Below are positions 9,880 through 19,886 of a DNA stretch of 64,000 nt, in pieces (the first letter of the stretch is position 1; every line of letters starts with the position of its first letter). The stretch spans positions 186,001 through 250,000 of IMG/VR virus record IMGVR_UViG_3300023184_000024, one strand, 5' to 3'. Both the position numbers and the translations under genes were made by a program. Below the pieces are notes generated by a model, which saw only the letters and a list, made by a program, of their open reading frames with translations, had not been told where the DNA came from and did no database searches.

Positions 9880-12800
9880 TTAAAAATCTCTCGAAACACT
9901 TTGTACGTAGGTGGTGCTTGTTGCTTGTTGCGCTTCGGCTTTGATCTGCAAAGATAGTATTGCCGAGTTTGCAGTACGTATATCTATCTGCCCAGTATTC
10001 AATAATGTTTGTACATCAGATTCTGAATACACTGTTTCAACTGTGCCATTCAACAGTGCTACCTGGGTTGATACTGCTTGTTGCGACACTCCGGCGCCGC
10101 CTGCCCAGTCAGTCTGAGACACCGAGCTGGCCAGGCCAACAGTTTGTCCGCCACTTGTGGGTGCTAATGCAACTGCTAATCCCAAAGTTTGTAATGGGTC
10201 GTCTTGTTGTAATATTGAATTAATATTATTATCAACTGTTGCAGTATCGTTGATGTTTACCCCTGTTGGAGTATAAGACATTGCTTGTCCGTCACCTTGA
10301 CTAATGTCTGTGGTCGAATATGTAGTTTCATTTGGGGTGACTGATGCTGAACGAATTTGGGAGTCTGCGCCCGGATTGTTTGTGTTGTCACTGTTGGTTT
10401 GTCCCACATTGACAACGTTGGTATTTTGTTGTTGTTGAGTTTGGCTGGCTGCTGTTGTGGTTGGAAGCTGGAAGAATATCTGTGCACCATTTATTTCTTG
10501 TGTGAATTTTCCCTGAGAGAAAGTGCTGGTGCAGTCTATTGCTCGATACACATAACTTTGCTTGGCATCACCACCATTGCCGGCAGCTCTATTTGCTCCG
10601 TAATTATTTTGTCCCGGATCCATTAGTCCTGTTCCCGAGTTATAATCTACCGGTGTGTTAAATGCAACTTCAAACAGTATTTCCTGACTTTCAAAATTAA
10701 TAGTGCCATCGGATAAAAATGGACCGTAATTAAATTTCAACCCTGCTACACCTGACCACAACTCCCCTTGTTGTATCCATCCTGGATCTCCAACTATGTT
10801 TAATCTCACTCGTGCTGTGTCTGCCGGACTGTAAAGATAATCGGCAGCATTGGCTGATGGTTCGTTGATTTTACCTTCAAGACCTTGGTCACTTTGGTTA
10901 CTCCGGGGTTGGAATGTTCGTTTATCTAAATCTCGATAGTTGGCAGTTCTTGTAGTCGACGGTCGCTTGGAGTTAACTACCACATAGTACAAATAATTAT
11001 AATCTTGCTGGTAATCCAAGATTTCGGTGTTTTGTCCCGTGAACCAATGATTGTATTTCTTGTGCGTTCCTTTAAAAGGACTTTGTACAAAATAATCACT
11101 CTTTACATCATTGACCTTGTACATGCTGACCTGATATGTAATCTTGTATGCATAGTCATTTCTTTTTGGGTCGTACCTGGTTTGTTCAGATTCCATGCCA
11201 ATTCTGTACCAGGCAAATGCTTCAGCTGGTGTGCCTTGTGGAATTTCCTTGCCGTCTTCTGTGATAATTTTAGTCTGTTGATCGTATATGTAAGTGCTGG
11301 TTCTAGTAACTTGATCAATGAATTGAACAATACTCATACCGGCAACTGCGCTAACTGTTTTTGCAGAATTGTTAACTGATTGTTTTGCTCCATCTTTGGA
11401 CTGTGCGGCAGTTTGTGCAGTGGTCATTGGCAAGAACTTTTTATTAATAGTGCCCGGGGGTGTTAATTTAGAATTTTGTATTGCTGGTTCTACAATAACA
11501 ATCTTGTATTCGTCGGGGTAGGTATACGTTCCTTTTTTAACCAACTCTGCTTGAAATTGATTTAGTGCATAAGTTAGACCACGTGCTATACTAGGGTTGG
11601 GTGCCGAACTAGCCATGGACGGTGCTTGATTTTGTGTGGTTACTATTCCAGTCTCACTGGCAGTGGTGTCACTGTCAGATGTCTGTGTGGCATTTTGTGT
11701 GGTAAGTTGCCGAGACGTTGCACCAGTTACTGCAGAAGTTGTGACTTCTCTTCCTTCGTTGTCTGTGGTTTGATTAGAATTATTACTTGTTTGGTTGCCC
11801 GACAGCAACTCCTTGAGTGTTGTGGCAGTCAATTCTATGTTGTATGGTATAACTCCTCGTCCATTGCCCGACCCAATTGCATTTTGTGGGCACACTGCCT
11901 GACAATCATATTCAACCAAGTTGTTTGCCAACTTAAATTTAATTCCAGTGAATTGAAAGGGGATAAACTTTTCAGTGATGGCATTTTTATCTGAGAGGCC
12001 CGAAGTATCTGTGGACATGTTGCCTGCTGATACCAAGTTTCCGTTGATATCGTACCCGTAAAATCGTATTACCATAAGATAATTTTGTGCGGCATAGTTT
12101 TGGTTAGCGCCTTTGCCTGCATACTGTTTTGTGGCTGCAACAAGATTGTCTAAGAATGATACACCATTTGGTTCAATTATTTTAAACGACATATCAAAAA
12201 CATTGTGCGCACCCTTTGATCCTTTGCCTGTGATAAGACTGCGCAATTTTATATCGTCAATGTAATAATCCAATGGGAAATATTGATTTCTACCGGCGTT
12301 GCTGGCCGGACTTCCTGCACCTACTGCGCCTGCAGAAACTGCGGCACCACCACTTTGCATCAACAGCTGATGACTGGGAATGTATCTGCGTTTAGTGCGA
12401 AGCAATTTTGAATAATCATCCTTGTTCATGATGTAAATGCTGACACTGTAAGTATAACTGGCATACTTGGATAGCATATTGGCCTGGGGAGTAATTACTG
12501 CATTTTGTCCGCCAAACACATCGTTGATCGAAGATCGTGTGTTGGTGTTAGTATTTCCAACTAGAGTTGTGTCATCTTGATCATCACCGGGGGCAGCGAC
12601 TCCTGGAGAATATGGTGCTGTTGGGGCAGACGTGGCCGTAAATATTTCATTCTGGCTCTCCATTTCGTTATTTTGGTAATCTGATCCCACTGGCAAATTG
12701 CCCGGGATCGGTCGTCCCGATGTTGGTGGTGGTATTGATTGTAGATCCGTTGCTGTTCTTGTGGCAGCATCGGTGCCAGTGTCCGTGGATTCACCTGGAT

Positions 12801-13128
12801 CAAATCTTGCGGCATTTGACCCTCCGGACGTGCCGGGCCGGATCATTCTTCCTTCTACTTCTAATATGTCTCCAGGCAGTTCCGGAGTTTGTGTGTTTGC
12901 ACGGTCATCGCGGGCAAGTTGCGCATTTGCTGTTATTTCTCCCGAACTGGTAACAGATCCATTTGTGCCAATGGCATCCATTTCTAGTAGAGTTCGCCGA
13001 ATGTCGGTGTTGATAAATTGTATTTCTGGAAGCACAGTTGCATCACCGCCAGAATATCGTTGTGCAAGAACTTCTCGTTGCTGTAGTAAACGTTGATACC
13101 TTGCTTCTAATTGTTCTAGGCTGGCCAT
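9880..13128 (-). CDS. Large baseplate hub-like structural protein
   Basis: 1082 aa between gp53-like and gp5-like genes; LNIVGDPGWI and STFSQGKFTQEI resemble hub (gp27/gpD-like) proteins; low-complexity T/Q/S/N linkers. Confidence 0.5.
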   Translation of the reverse strand: MASLEQLEARYQRLLQQREVLAQRYSGGDATVLPEIQFINTDIRRTLLEMDAIGTNGSVTSSGEITANAQLARDDRANTQTPELPGDILEVEGRMIRPGTSGGSNAARFDPGESTDTGTDAATRTATDLQSIPPPTSGRPIPGNLPVGSDYQNNEMESQNEIFTATSAPTAPYSPGVAAPGDDQDDTTLVGNTNTNTRSSINDVFGGQNAVITPQANMLSKYASYTYSVSIYIMNKDDYSKLLRTKRRYIPSHQLLMQSGGAAVSAGAVGAGSPASNAGRNQYFPLDYYIDDIKLRSLITGKGSKGAHNVFDMSFKIIEPNGVSFLDNLVAATKQYAGKGANQNYAAQNYLMVIRFYGYDINGNLVSAGNMSTDTSGLSDKNAITEKFIPFQFTGIKFKLANNLVEYDCQAVCPQNAIGSGNGRGVIPYNIELTATTLKELLSGNQTSNNSNQTTDNEGREVTTSAVTGATSRQLTTQNATQTSDSDTTASETGIVTTQNQAPSMASSAPNPSIARGLTYALNQFQAELVKKGTYTYPDEYKIVIVEPAIQNSKLTPPGTINKKFLPMTTAQTAAQSKDGAKQSVNNSAKTVSAVAGMSIVQFIDQVTRTSTYIYDQQTKIITEDGKEIPQGTPAEAFAWYRIGMESEQTRYDPKRNDYAYKITYQVSMYKVNDVKSDYFVQSPFKGTHKKYNHWFTGQNTEILDYQQDYNYLYYVVVNSKRPSTTRTANYRDLDKRTFQPRSNQSDQGLEGKINEPSANAADYLYSPADTARVRLNIVGDPGWIQQGELWSGVAGLKFNYGPFLSDGTINFESQEILFEVAFNTPVDYNSGTGLMDPGQNNYGANRAAGNGGDAKQSYVYRAIDCTSTFSQGKFTQEINGAQIFFQLPTTTAASQTQQQQNTNVVNVGQTNSDNTNNPGADSQIRSASVTPNETTYSTTDISQGDGQAMSYTPTGVNINDTATVDNNINSILQQDDPLQTLGLAVALAPTSGGQTVGLASSVSQTDWAGGAGVSQQAVSTQVALLNGTVETVYSESDVQTLLNTGQIDIRTANSAILSLQIKAEAQQATSTTYVQSVSRDF

Positions 13129-13131
13129 ATA

Positions 13132-13431
13132 TTAAAATCCCAGTGTGGCTCTTAAGGTAGTTATTTTAGGAAGGTATATAGTTTTTCCAGCTTCAAAATC
13201 CCAAGGTGGCGCAATAAGCGTGTTTGGATTGCGTTGGTAAAATACCCACCACAGAGAAGGCTGGTCGTACAAGTCAAAGGCCAACAAATCAGGCCTAAAT
13301 TGATAAGTTTGATTAATACGAAATATTGTATCATCGTTCTCCTTGGGGATAGCACGATTGGTCATGGTATCCAAATAGAATTGATTGTACGGTGTTGAAA
13401 AATAAGGACTGGTTGAATCGTAGATAGCCAT
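13132..13431 (-). CDS. Baseplate wedge protein, gp53/LysM-like
   Basis: 99 aa; YQFRPDLLAFDLYDQPSLWWV...N...G.TIYLP pattern. Confidence 0.7.
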   Translation of the reverse strand: MAIYDSTSPYFSTPYNQFYLDTMTNRAIPKENDDTIFRINQTYQFRPDLLAFDLYDQPSLWWVFYQRNPNTLIAPPWDFEAGKTIYLPKITTLRATLGF

Positions 13432-15710
13432 TACCAGAATCCTCCCTTGATTAATTGACCATTTGCAAACTGTTTAAGACTAAACTCTTTGCTGACTTGT
13501 TCTCTGGTTTGTATTGGCAACAATGTCAGGTTCATCTCTAATTTAGTCGGAACATAGGTTGGTCGATTTATTCCTCCTAACACCTGAGCTGGCGCTGGTG
13601 TGCTTGTAATAGCACCTTTTTTTAGTCCGGCTGCAGAAATTCTAGCAAGCACAGCATCAAATGGATTGGTTGGCAAACTTTGTCGGTCTCTACGTTGTAA
13701 CAGGCTGGTGCCGTCAACATTGGGACTTCTTGCTCTAATGTAATCCACATCATTGGGCAACGTGTAATTAAAATTACTGACCACGCATGAATGCAAATTA
13801 AACTGATACTCTCCTAGGCCTTCAAGAAACACCATTGGAGGCGGCGCTCCTCGTTGCGCATCTTGTCCATAAAACATTTTAGTAACACTGCGGAAAAAAT
13901 GTATTACCGCCAGTACATAACTGGCTTCCGCGGAGTCTTGAGCAGTAAAGGTTGCTCTTAAATTTATTTCGCCAACATAGCTGTTTCGATAAAAATATCC
14001 ACGATAGTTGCTGTGTGTCAAATCGTATTCGTTGTAGTTGGCATGATAATTTGTATCAATTTGTGGCATGTACGGAAATACCACACCATCTGTGATTGCC
14101 AATGGTTGTAAAATTCCCTGTTCGTTGGCTGGCAATTTGTACAAATAGTTTGCACCGGGTGCCAGCCGTAATCTCACACGCCAGTCACCATCATTGGCTT
14201 GGCTACGTTGTGCTTGCAATGCCGCTTGTTTCCTTGCATTGTTAAGGGTCGCTTGTTGTCTGGCTTCTTGTGCCAATGCCTGTGTGCCAGGATCAACATA
14301 GTCGCCACCGGCATAGTAAGGCTCCCCGGTTTCAGGGTTAATTGCCCAGCCAGGGTTTAAATTGCCTTCGTCATCATAGGGCAATCCGTTAGGGTATGCC
14401 GATGGGTCATCATTGGGTGGCTCAGGCAAGGAGTTTTCAATGTCCGTTTCCACTTCCTCGGGTAATTTGTATAGGCCGCCATCAGTTTCTACAAATTGAT
14501 CTTCGGGCAATACCAGCAATCCTGTGCCGTTGTCAACAAACTCATTTTCTGCATTGTTAGTGGCCAGGGCAGCCGGATCGCTGTTGTCAACAGCAACTGG
14601 ACCATAGTCAATATCCCCCGGTGGGAATTCGTCCTCGGCGCCACCGCCGCCTGCACCAAGGAAGCCATTGCCGCCGTTGATCAGATTGTATCCTTGAACC
14701 AAAAGATTTACTTGTGGTACAAAGAGTCTTGCCAAAGCTAATGCGACCTCTGCCGGTGTTTGCTCAACATTAGTTGCAATGTCACCAAGTTTTACTATTT
14801 TGTTTGTTGTGCCAATTATACTATTAACCTGACTGTACCCGGGTATTTGATTCAACCCTAAATTGATGGCTTTGTCAATTAACTTGTCAAGAATGGGGCC
14901 TTGATAAGGTAGTCCCAACGAGTCCTTGATTGCTTTGGTTACGCTGGTATTAGCTGTAACTTCCACTGTTTGGATTTTGGTATCGCCCTCATCTATAGTG
15001 GGCAAGGTTGTGTCTGTGGTAACATCTGCTAGGCTTGTTATCGAAGATTTGGCAAGGTTGCTGCCTGTGGTGTTTACTGTAGTTGATGTAACTTGCCCAT
15101 CAAACGGCGTGAGGTCGGTGGGGAGTTTTACAGTCAATCCTCCTTCAACATCGGCTTGGTATTCAGCAATGGTTTGTAGTGCTAAGTCTTGTAACTCTGC
15201 AACCAGTGCTGGTAGATTATCTTTGTATCCAAACAAGGCAGCATAGGCCACATCAATGGCGCCTTCGGCTGCATCTAATGTGTAGGCTTGTACTCCGTCA
15301 ATTATAGTCAGTGAATTATCTGGATTTTGGCCTCGTGCGTTAAGTTCAGTAACAATACTTTCTTTTAAGGCAAGAGCAGTGTCTACATTTTGTTGTAAAA
15401 ATGCCAAGGCTTGATCGTTGGTTATAGTGTCATCGGCGGCATAGCGAACTATTGTATTATATGAAGTTGCTCCAGTTCCGTTGCTGGGTTGTTGTACGTT
15501 GTTATAGCCCACAGTTGTGGTGCCATCTGTGACACTGATTTTATCATCACCGCCAACGATATCCACAGAAACTCCAGAAGTGCCCTCGGCTGTGACTGCG
15601 TTATCTTGAACCCACGCATTGTATTCTTCTTCTGTTACAGTTTGGCCAGCAGAATCGTAACCGCCTTGTGCGTTAATAATAAAAATGCTTTGGTTGTTAT
15701 TTTCTGCCAT
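13431..15710 (-). CDS. Tail-tube initiator/baseplate protein with long acidic N-terminal extension
   Basis: C-terminal VVFPYMPQI...THSNY...GAPPPMVFL...VVSNFNYTLPNDVDY resembles tube-fold baseplate proteins; first gene of the baseplate operon. Confidence 0.5.
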   Translation of the reverse strand: MAENNNQSIFIINAQGGYDSAGQTVTEEEYNAWVQDNAVTAEGTSGVSVDIVGGDDKISVTDGTTTVGYNNVQQPSNGTGATSYNTIVRYAADDTITNDQALAFLQQNVDTALALKESIVTELNARGQNPDNSLTIIDGVQAYTLDAAEGAIDVAYAALFGYKDNLPALVAELQDLALQTIAEYQADVEGGLTVKLPTDLTPFDGQVTSTTVNTTGSNLAKSSITSLADVTTDTTLPTIDEGDTKIQTVEVTANTSVTKAIKDSLGLPYQGPILDKLIDKAINLGLNQIPGYSQVNSIIGTTNKIVKLGDIATNVEQTPAEVALALARLFVPQVNLLVQGYNLINGGNGFLGAGGGGAEDEFPPGDIDYGPVAVDNSDPAALATNNAENEFVDNGTGLLVLPEDQFVETDGGLYKLPEEVETDIENSLPEPPNDDPSAYPNGLPYDDEGNLNPGWAINPETGEPYYAGGDYVDPGTQALAQEARQQATLNNARKQAALQAQRSQANDGDWRVRLRLAPGANYLYKLPANEQGILQPLAITDGVVFPYMPQIDTNYHANYNEYDLTHSNYRGYFYRNSYVGEINLRATFTAQDSAEASYVLAVIHFFRSVTKMFYGQDAQRGAPPPMVFLEGLGEYQFNLHSCVVSNFNYTLPNDVDYIRARSPNVDGTSLLQRRDRQSLPTNPFDAVLARISAAGLKKGAITSTPAPAQVLGGINRPTYVPTKLEMNLTLLPIQTREQVSKEFSLKQFANGQLIKGGFW

Positions 15711-15728
15711 GTCAGTAGTCCTTGTGAA

Positions 15729-15734
15729 TATTTA
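15729..15734 (-). promoter_or_regulatory. Late promoter motif TAAATA
   Basis: 18 nt upstream of ATG 15710, with an AAGGA SD in between. Confidence 0.6.
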
Positions 15735-15787
15735 CCTAAAAAATAAACGGCAAATATAACGGTCGAGAATAAACGAGCAAATAAAGG

Positions 15788-15816
15788 TTGATGTTGCCAA
15801 AAAAGTGTGTTACAAT
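15788..15816 (+). promoter_or_regulatory. Sigma70-type promoter for the gp55 operon
   Basis: TTGATG-17 nt-TACAAT with TG extension; AGGAGG SD before ATG 15837. Confidence 0.55.
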
Positions 15817-15836
15817 AACTAGGAATAGGAGGACTA

Positions 15837-16781
15837 ATGTCTTTACCAACTACACCAAAAGTAAACTATCTGAACAATAGAGATATTCTTAAAGAAATAC
15901 ATTTAAGCAAAAACACATATTGCAGTTATCGTGATCCAGTTACTGATCACCAATACGACATTATTTTACCCAGCGTTTCTAAAATCAATGTCAGAACAAT
16001 AGCAGAAGCTCGCCGAAATCGTGCTGATCGACTCAAACGAGAAACCGGAACTCCGGTTGACCCCAAGAAAATTCCCAACACTGATTTGGTGTTTAGAATT
16101 TCTTGCTGGGATCATATTCCAATTGCTCCTAAAAAAGTTCCCAAAACACAGGTCAAAAAACGCAAGATTGAAGACATTCTGGAAATCGAAGATACGCCCG
16201 AAGATGATGTCATTGACGATATACCTGCACTTGCTGCCGTAGTTGACACAGCACATGTGCGTGTAAACTTTCCTCCTTTTTGGCAATATCGACTTGATGA
16301 AAATAAAACTCCGTTTCTAGTAGGAAAAAGTCACTGGAAGGGTGATTTAGAAACCGGTGAATACAGTCGTGAGCACGGTAACATGACTCGTAAATTAGCA
16401 CTGATGTTTATTAAATTATGTGAACGATATGCAACAAGGAGCAACTGGCGTGGATACACCTACAACGAAGAAATGCGAGGACAAGCCTTGCTACAACTCA
16501 GTCAAATTGGACTCCAGTTCGATGAATCAAAATCGCAGAACCCTTTTGCGTATTATACTGCCGCTATCACTAATAGCTTTACTCGTGTCTTGAACATTGA
16601 AAAGAAGATGCAGAACATCCGCGATGATATTTTAGAAATGAATGGTCTCAATCCAAGTTGGACTCGACAAAATGCGGCAAATGGCAACCGGTCTGGCCCA
16701 GTTACTACCACTTCCTACGATACCGCCACCGAAAGCGATGTTGATCCAGCGCCTGATAATATCACAGTTCCAGAAAAATGA
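15837..16781 (+). CDS. gp55: Late-transcription sigma factor, T4 gp55-like
   Basis: NYLNNRDIL N-terminus; RYATRSNWRGYTYNEEM...FDESKSQNPFAYYT...F.R.L..EK motif; upstream of gp47/gp46 as in T4. Confidence 0.85.
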   Translation: MSLPTTPKVNYLNNRDILKEIHLSKNTYCSYRDPVTDHQYDIILPSVSKINVRTIAEARRNRADRLKRETGTPVDPKKIPNTDLVFRISCWDHIPIAPKKVPKTQVKKRKIEDILEIEDTPEDDVIDDIPALAAVVDTAHVRVNFPPFWQYRLDENKTPFLVGKSHWKGDLETGEYSREHGNMTRKLALMFIKLCERYATRSNWRGYTYNEEMRGQALLQLSQIGLQFDESKSQNPFAYYTAAITNSFTRVLNIEKKMQNIRDDILEMNGLNPSWTRQNAANGNRSGPVTTTSYDTATESDVDPAPDNITVPEK

Positions 16782-17704
16782 AATCCAAGTCTACGGTGAT
16801 TTTATACAACGGAGGATCGTATGGATCGTATCTGCACTGGCTGATTTATTCAATGACATTCGATGGCGAGTTATTTGAGCCGTTCACTAGCAAAGGAACC
16901 AGTCATGAATTTGGTCGATTGATCAAAGACGATCATGCACATCTAATTGGCTCGCCGACCATTGAAGAGTTGTTGGCCATGCCCAATGAGCAGATTCCGC
17001 CGTTGATAAAAATTCATCCAAAAACACAGCAAAGTGAAAGCTTGGTTGAGAATATCGAGTTGCTTTTAGAAAAATTTGAAAAATTAATCATAGTTTACCC
17101 GGACAAGAACTCATACCTACTAAACATCAACAATTATGTTTATAAGATTTGGGATGACTTATGGTCTGGAGCTCTTGGCCACATGCGCAAAGAAGATCTC
17201 TACAATAATTTTCCTATTGCACTCGATACACCCCTTGAAGACATACCCACGTGGATTATCAGAGAATATCTCAGCTACAACTTATTTGAATCCTGGGAAG
17301 ATCAAGTTGAGTGGTACCTCCCTCAACAGTATCAACATCCCGACTGCCACTATGTGTTTGTCAATGACTTGTTATACCAACCAATAAATACATTGAACAC
17401 AATCAAGCAGTTTGCAAACTTGTCTTGGGTGCGTAACCCTCAAGAAATATTGCCCTACCATGAAAAAAATCTTGTACTTCAGAAATACCTTGAGCAAGAT
17501 CACATTGCAAGAACAATATTAACTAATTTGATTGACAATGACTTTTGTTCTTGGGGCGCCGACGAAATTACTATCATCACCGAAGCATGGATACAAAAAG
17601 TTCTTAGAGATCACGGGTATAGTTTTAAATGCCACGGACTCAACCAATTTCCTTGCAACACAATCGACTTAACAAACCTAATAGAAAAACATGAATCTAT
17701 TTAA
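16778..17704 (+). CDS. Hypothetical protein, possibly sulfotransferase-like P-loop fold
   Basis: 308 aa; N-terminal YNGGSYGSYLHWL and KIHP segments; overlaps both neighbours. Confidence 0.4.
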   Translation: MKSKSTVILYNGGSYGSYLHWLIYSMTFDGELFEPFTSKGTSHEFGRLIKDDHAHLIGSPTIEELLAMPNEQIPPLIKIHPKTQQSESLVENIELLLEKFEKLIIVYPDKNSYLLNINNYVYKIWDDLWSGALGHMRKEDLYNNFPIALDTPLEDIPTWIIREYLSYNLFESWEDQVEWYLPQQYQHPDCHYVFVNDLLYQPINTLNTIKQFANLSWVRNPQEILPYHEKNLVLQKYLEQDHIARTILTNLIDNDFCSWGADEITIITEAWIQKVLRDHGYSFKCHGLNQFPCNTIDLTNLIEKHESI

Positions 17705-18704
17705 AAAAGCTGCCATCTTCACTGACATCCATTTTGGACTAAAGTCAAACAGTCAACTGCACAACGATGACTGCTTGAACTTTATCAAATGGGCCACTGC
17801 CAAGGCCAAAGCCGAAGGCTGTGAAACTTGTTTGTTTCTTGGCGACTGGCACAATAACCGAGCCAGTTTAAATATTGTCACATTGAACTACAGCTTACAA
17901 GCACTGGAGCACTTAAATGCAAATTTTAATGACGTCTACTTTATTCCTGGGAATCATGACTTGTATTATCGCGACAAACGGGATATACAAAGCGTGGAGT
18001 GGGCAAAACATCTCCCAAACGTACATATATGTAACGATTGGTTCAACAGTGGCGATGTGGTTATCGCTCCTTGGCTGTGTGGCGATGATCACAAGCGCAT
18101 ACCTAAGCTGACAGGCAAGTACATGTTTGGGCACTTTGAGTTGCCTGGTTACTTGATGAATGCCATGGTGGAAATGCCGGACCATGGTGAGGTACGCAGA
18201 GAAGATTTTACGAACTTTGAACATGTGTTCACCGGTCACTTTCACAAACGTCAGACCAAAAAGAACATCACCTACATTGGCAATTGCTTTCCGCACAACT
18301 ACGCCGATGCCGGTGACGATGATCGCGGGCTTGCTGTACTAGAATGGGGCAAAGATCCTGTGTATCATGCATGGCCTGACCAACCTAGATATCGAGTTTA
18401 TAAATTAGGCAATGTAATTGACCATGCTGCCACACTCTTGGCGCCCGGTATGCATGTTCGTGTAGAACTTGACATCGAGATCAGCTACGAAGAAGCAAAT
18501 TTTATCAAAGAAACATTTATTAAACAATACAATCTAAGAGAGATGGCGCTTATACCTAGTAAAAATTCCGGGGTTGACACAGACATGTCGCCAGGGGAAA
18601 TTAAATTTGAAAGCGTTGATCAGATTGTCATTGATCAAATTACAAAAATTGAATCAAATTTTTATGATCCAAAGCTGTTGCTTTCCATATACCAATCATT
18701 ATGA
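17691..18704 (+). CDS. gp47: Recombination nuclease subunit, gp47/SbcD/Mre11-like
   Basis: Metallophosphoesterase motifs DIHFG, GDWH, GNHD, GHFH. Confidence 0.9.
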   Translation: MNLFKKAAIFTDIHFGLKSNSQLHNDDCLNFIKWATAKAKAEGCETCLFLGDWHNNRASLNIVTLNYSLQALEHLNANFNDVYFIPGNHDLYYRDKRDIQSVEWAKHLPNVHICNDWFNSGDVVIAPWLCGDDHKRIPKLTGKYMFGHFELPGYLMNAMVEMPDHGEVRREDFTNFEHVFTGHFHKRQTKKNITYIGNCFPHNYADAGDDDRGLAVLEWGKDPVYHAWPDQPRYRVYKLGNVIDHAATLLAPGMHVRVELDIEISYEEANFIKETFIKQYNLREMALIPSKNSGVDTDMSPGEIKFESVDQIVIDQITKIESNFYDPKLLLSIYQSL

Positions 18705-19372
18705 CAAACATAGAATCTCTGAGACGAACTGACATCACTGATTTAAAAGAACTGGGGTTACAGTTCAACGAGCCGTGGCAGGTGGTAGATCATTTTGAAA
18801 AATTAGTAGCAGGATTTTTTGGAGCACAATACGGTGTGGCCACTGATTGTTGTAGTCATGGTATTGAACTTTGTTTGCGTATACTTCCGCGCTCAGAAAA
18901 AAATGTTGTTGTCCCAACCCATACATATATGAGTGTGCCAATGACATTAGAAATTCTATCAATCCCATATGAATTATCAGATTTAAAATGGCAAGGTAGC
19001 TATAAGTTAGATCCATACCCGATCATTGATGCTGCCACAATGTGGATGCCAAATTCGTATGTTCCGGGATCGATGACCGTTATTAGTTTTCAATATCAAA
19101 AATATCTACCCATTGGCCGTGGCGGAATGATTTTGCTAGATGATGTTACAATGTACAATAGGTTACAACGATTGGTGCGCGATGGTCGGGATCGTACAAT
19201 CAATCATAGAATTGACAATGTCAACGAAATAGGTTTTCATTATCATATGATCCCCGAAGATGCCGCACGAGGAATAAAATTGTTTGACTTGCGCAAAGGT
19301 ACATCTTTTGCTGGATGGTCTTGGCAGGATTATACAAATTTAAAAGACAAAGATATTTTCAAGGAAAAATAA
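18701..19372 (+). CDS. DegT/DnrJ/EryC1/StrS-family PLP aminotransferase (short form)
   Basis: FEKLVAGFFGAQYGVATDCCS, PTHTYMSV, IIDAA, SFQYQKYLPIGRGG (PLP lysine motif); only 223 aa. Confidence 0.75.
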   Translation: MTNIESLRRTDITDLKELGLQFNEPWQVVDHFEKLVAGFFGAQYGVATDCCSHGIELCLRILPRSEKNVVVPTHTYMSVPMTLEILSIPYELSDLKWQGSYKLDPYPIIDAATMWMPNSYVPGSMTVISFQYQKYLPIGRGGMILLDDVTMYNRLQRLVRDGRDRTINHRIDNVNEIGFHYHMIPEDAARGIKLFDLRKGTSFAGWSWQDYTNLKDKDIFKEK

Positions 19373-19373
19373 T

Positions 19374-19886
19374 ATGGTTGTAGGGCACATTACTCCGTGT
19401 TGGGATACGCAACAAATCAAAGATTTGCAGTACAAGGCTGATTATTATCAAGACACTGAGCTTATTAAGAAATACGCTCAATCAGGTCACAGCATGGCCC
19501 ACATGACATTGTTCAACTACTTTGAACCAAATCCCATGCCCGAGGCTGCCAGTCAAATAAAAAAACATTTTGATCATCTCGCTAATACCAGCATTGCTAT
19601 TAATAAATTCACGCCCGGACAATACCTACCAGTGCATCATGATTTCTATGGCAAATTTAAATCTGTTCATCAGTTAGATGATGCTGCCAATGTCATGCGA
19701 ATTATTATTATGATAGAAGATTCAGTGCCTGGACAGATTTTGCAAGTCGAGGATACCTCCTGGTGTAAATGGGTAGCTGGAGACTGGATTGCCTGGCACA
19801 ATTCTGCTAAACATGCATTTTACAATTTTAGTATGGTTGATAGATATGCATGGCAACTAACAGGAACTGTTGATAATATATGTTAA
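19374..19886 (+). CDS. 2OG-Fe(II) oxygenase-like protein
   Basis: PGQYLPVHHD (HxD), distal H (KHAF) and R (DRY). Confidence 0.65.
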   Translation: MVVGHITPCWDTQQIKDLQYKADYYQDTELIKKYAQSGHSMAHMTLFNYFEPNPMPEAASQIKKHFDHLANTSIAINKFTPGQYLPVHHDFYGKFKSVHQLDDAANVMRIIIMIEDSVPGQILQVEDTSWCKWVAGDWIAWHNSAKHAFYNFSMVDRYAWQLTGTVDNIC

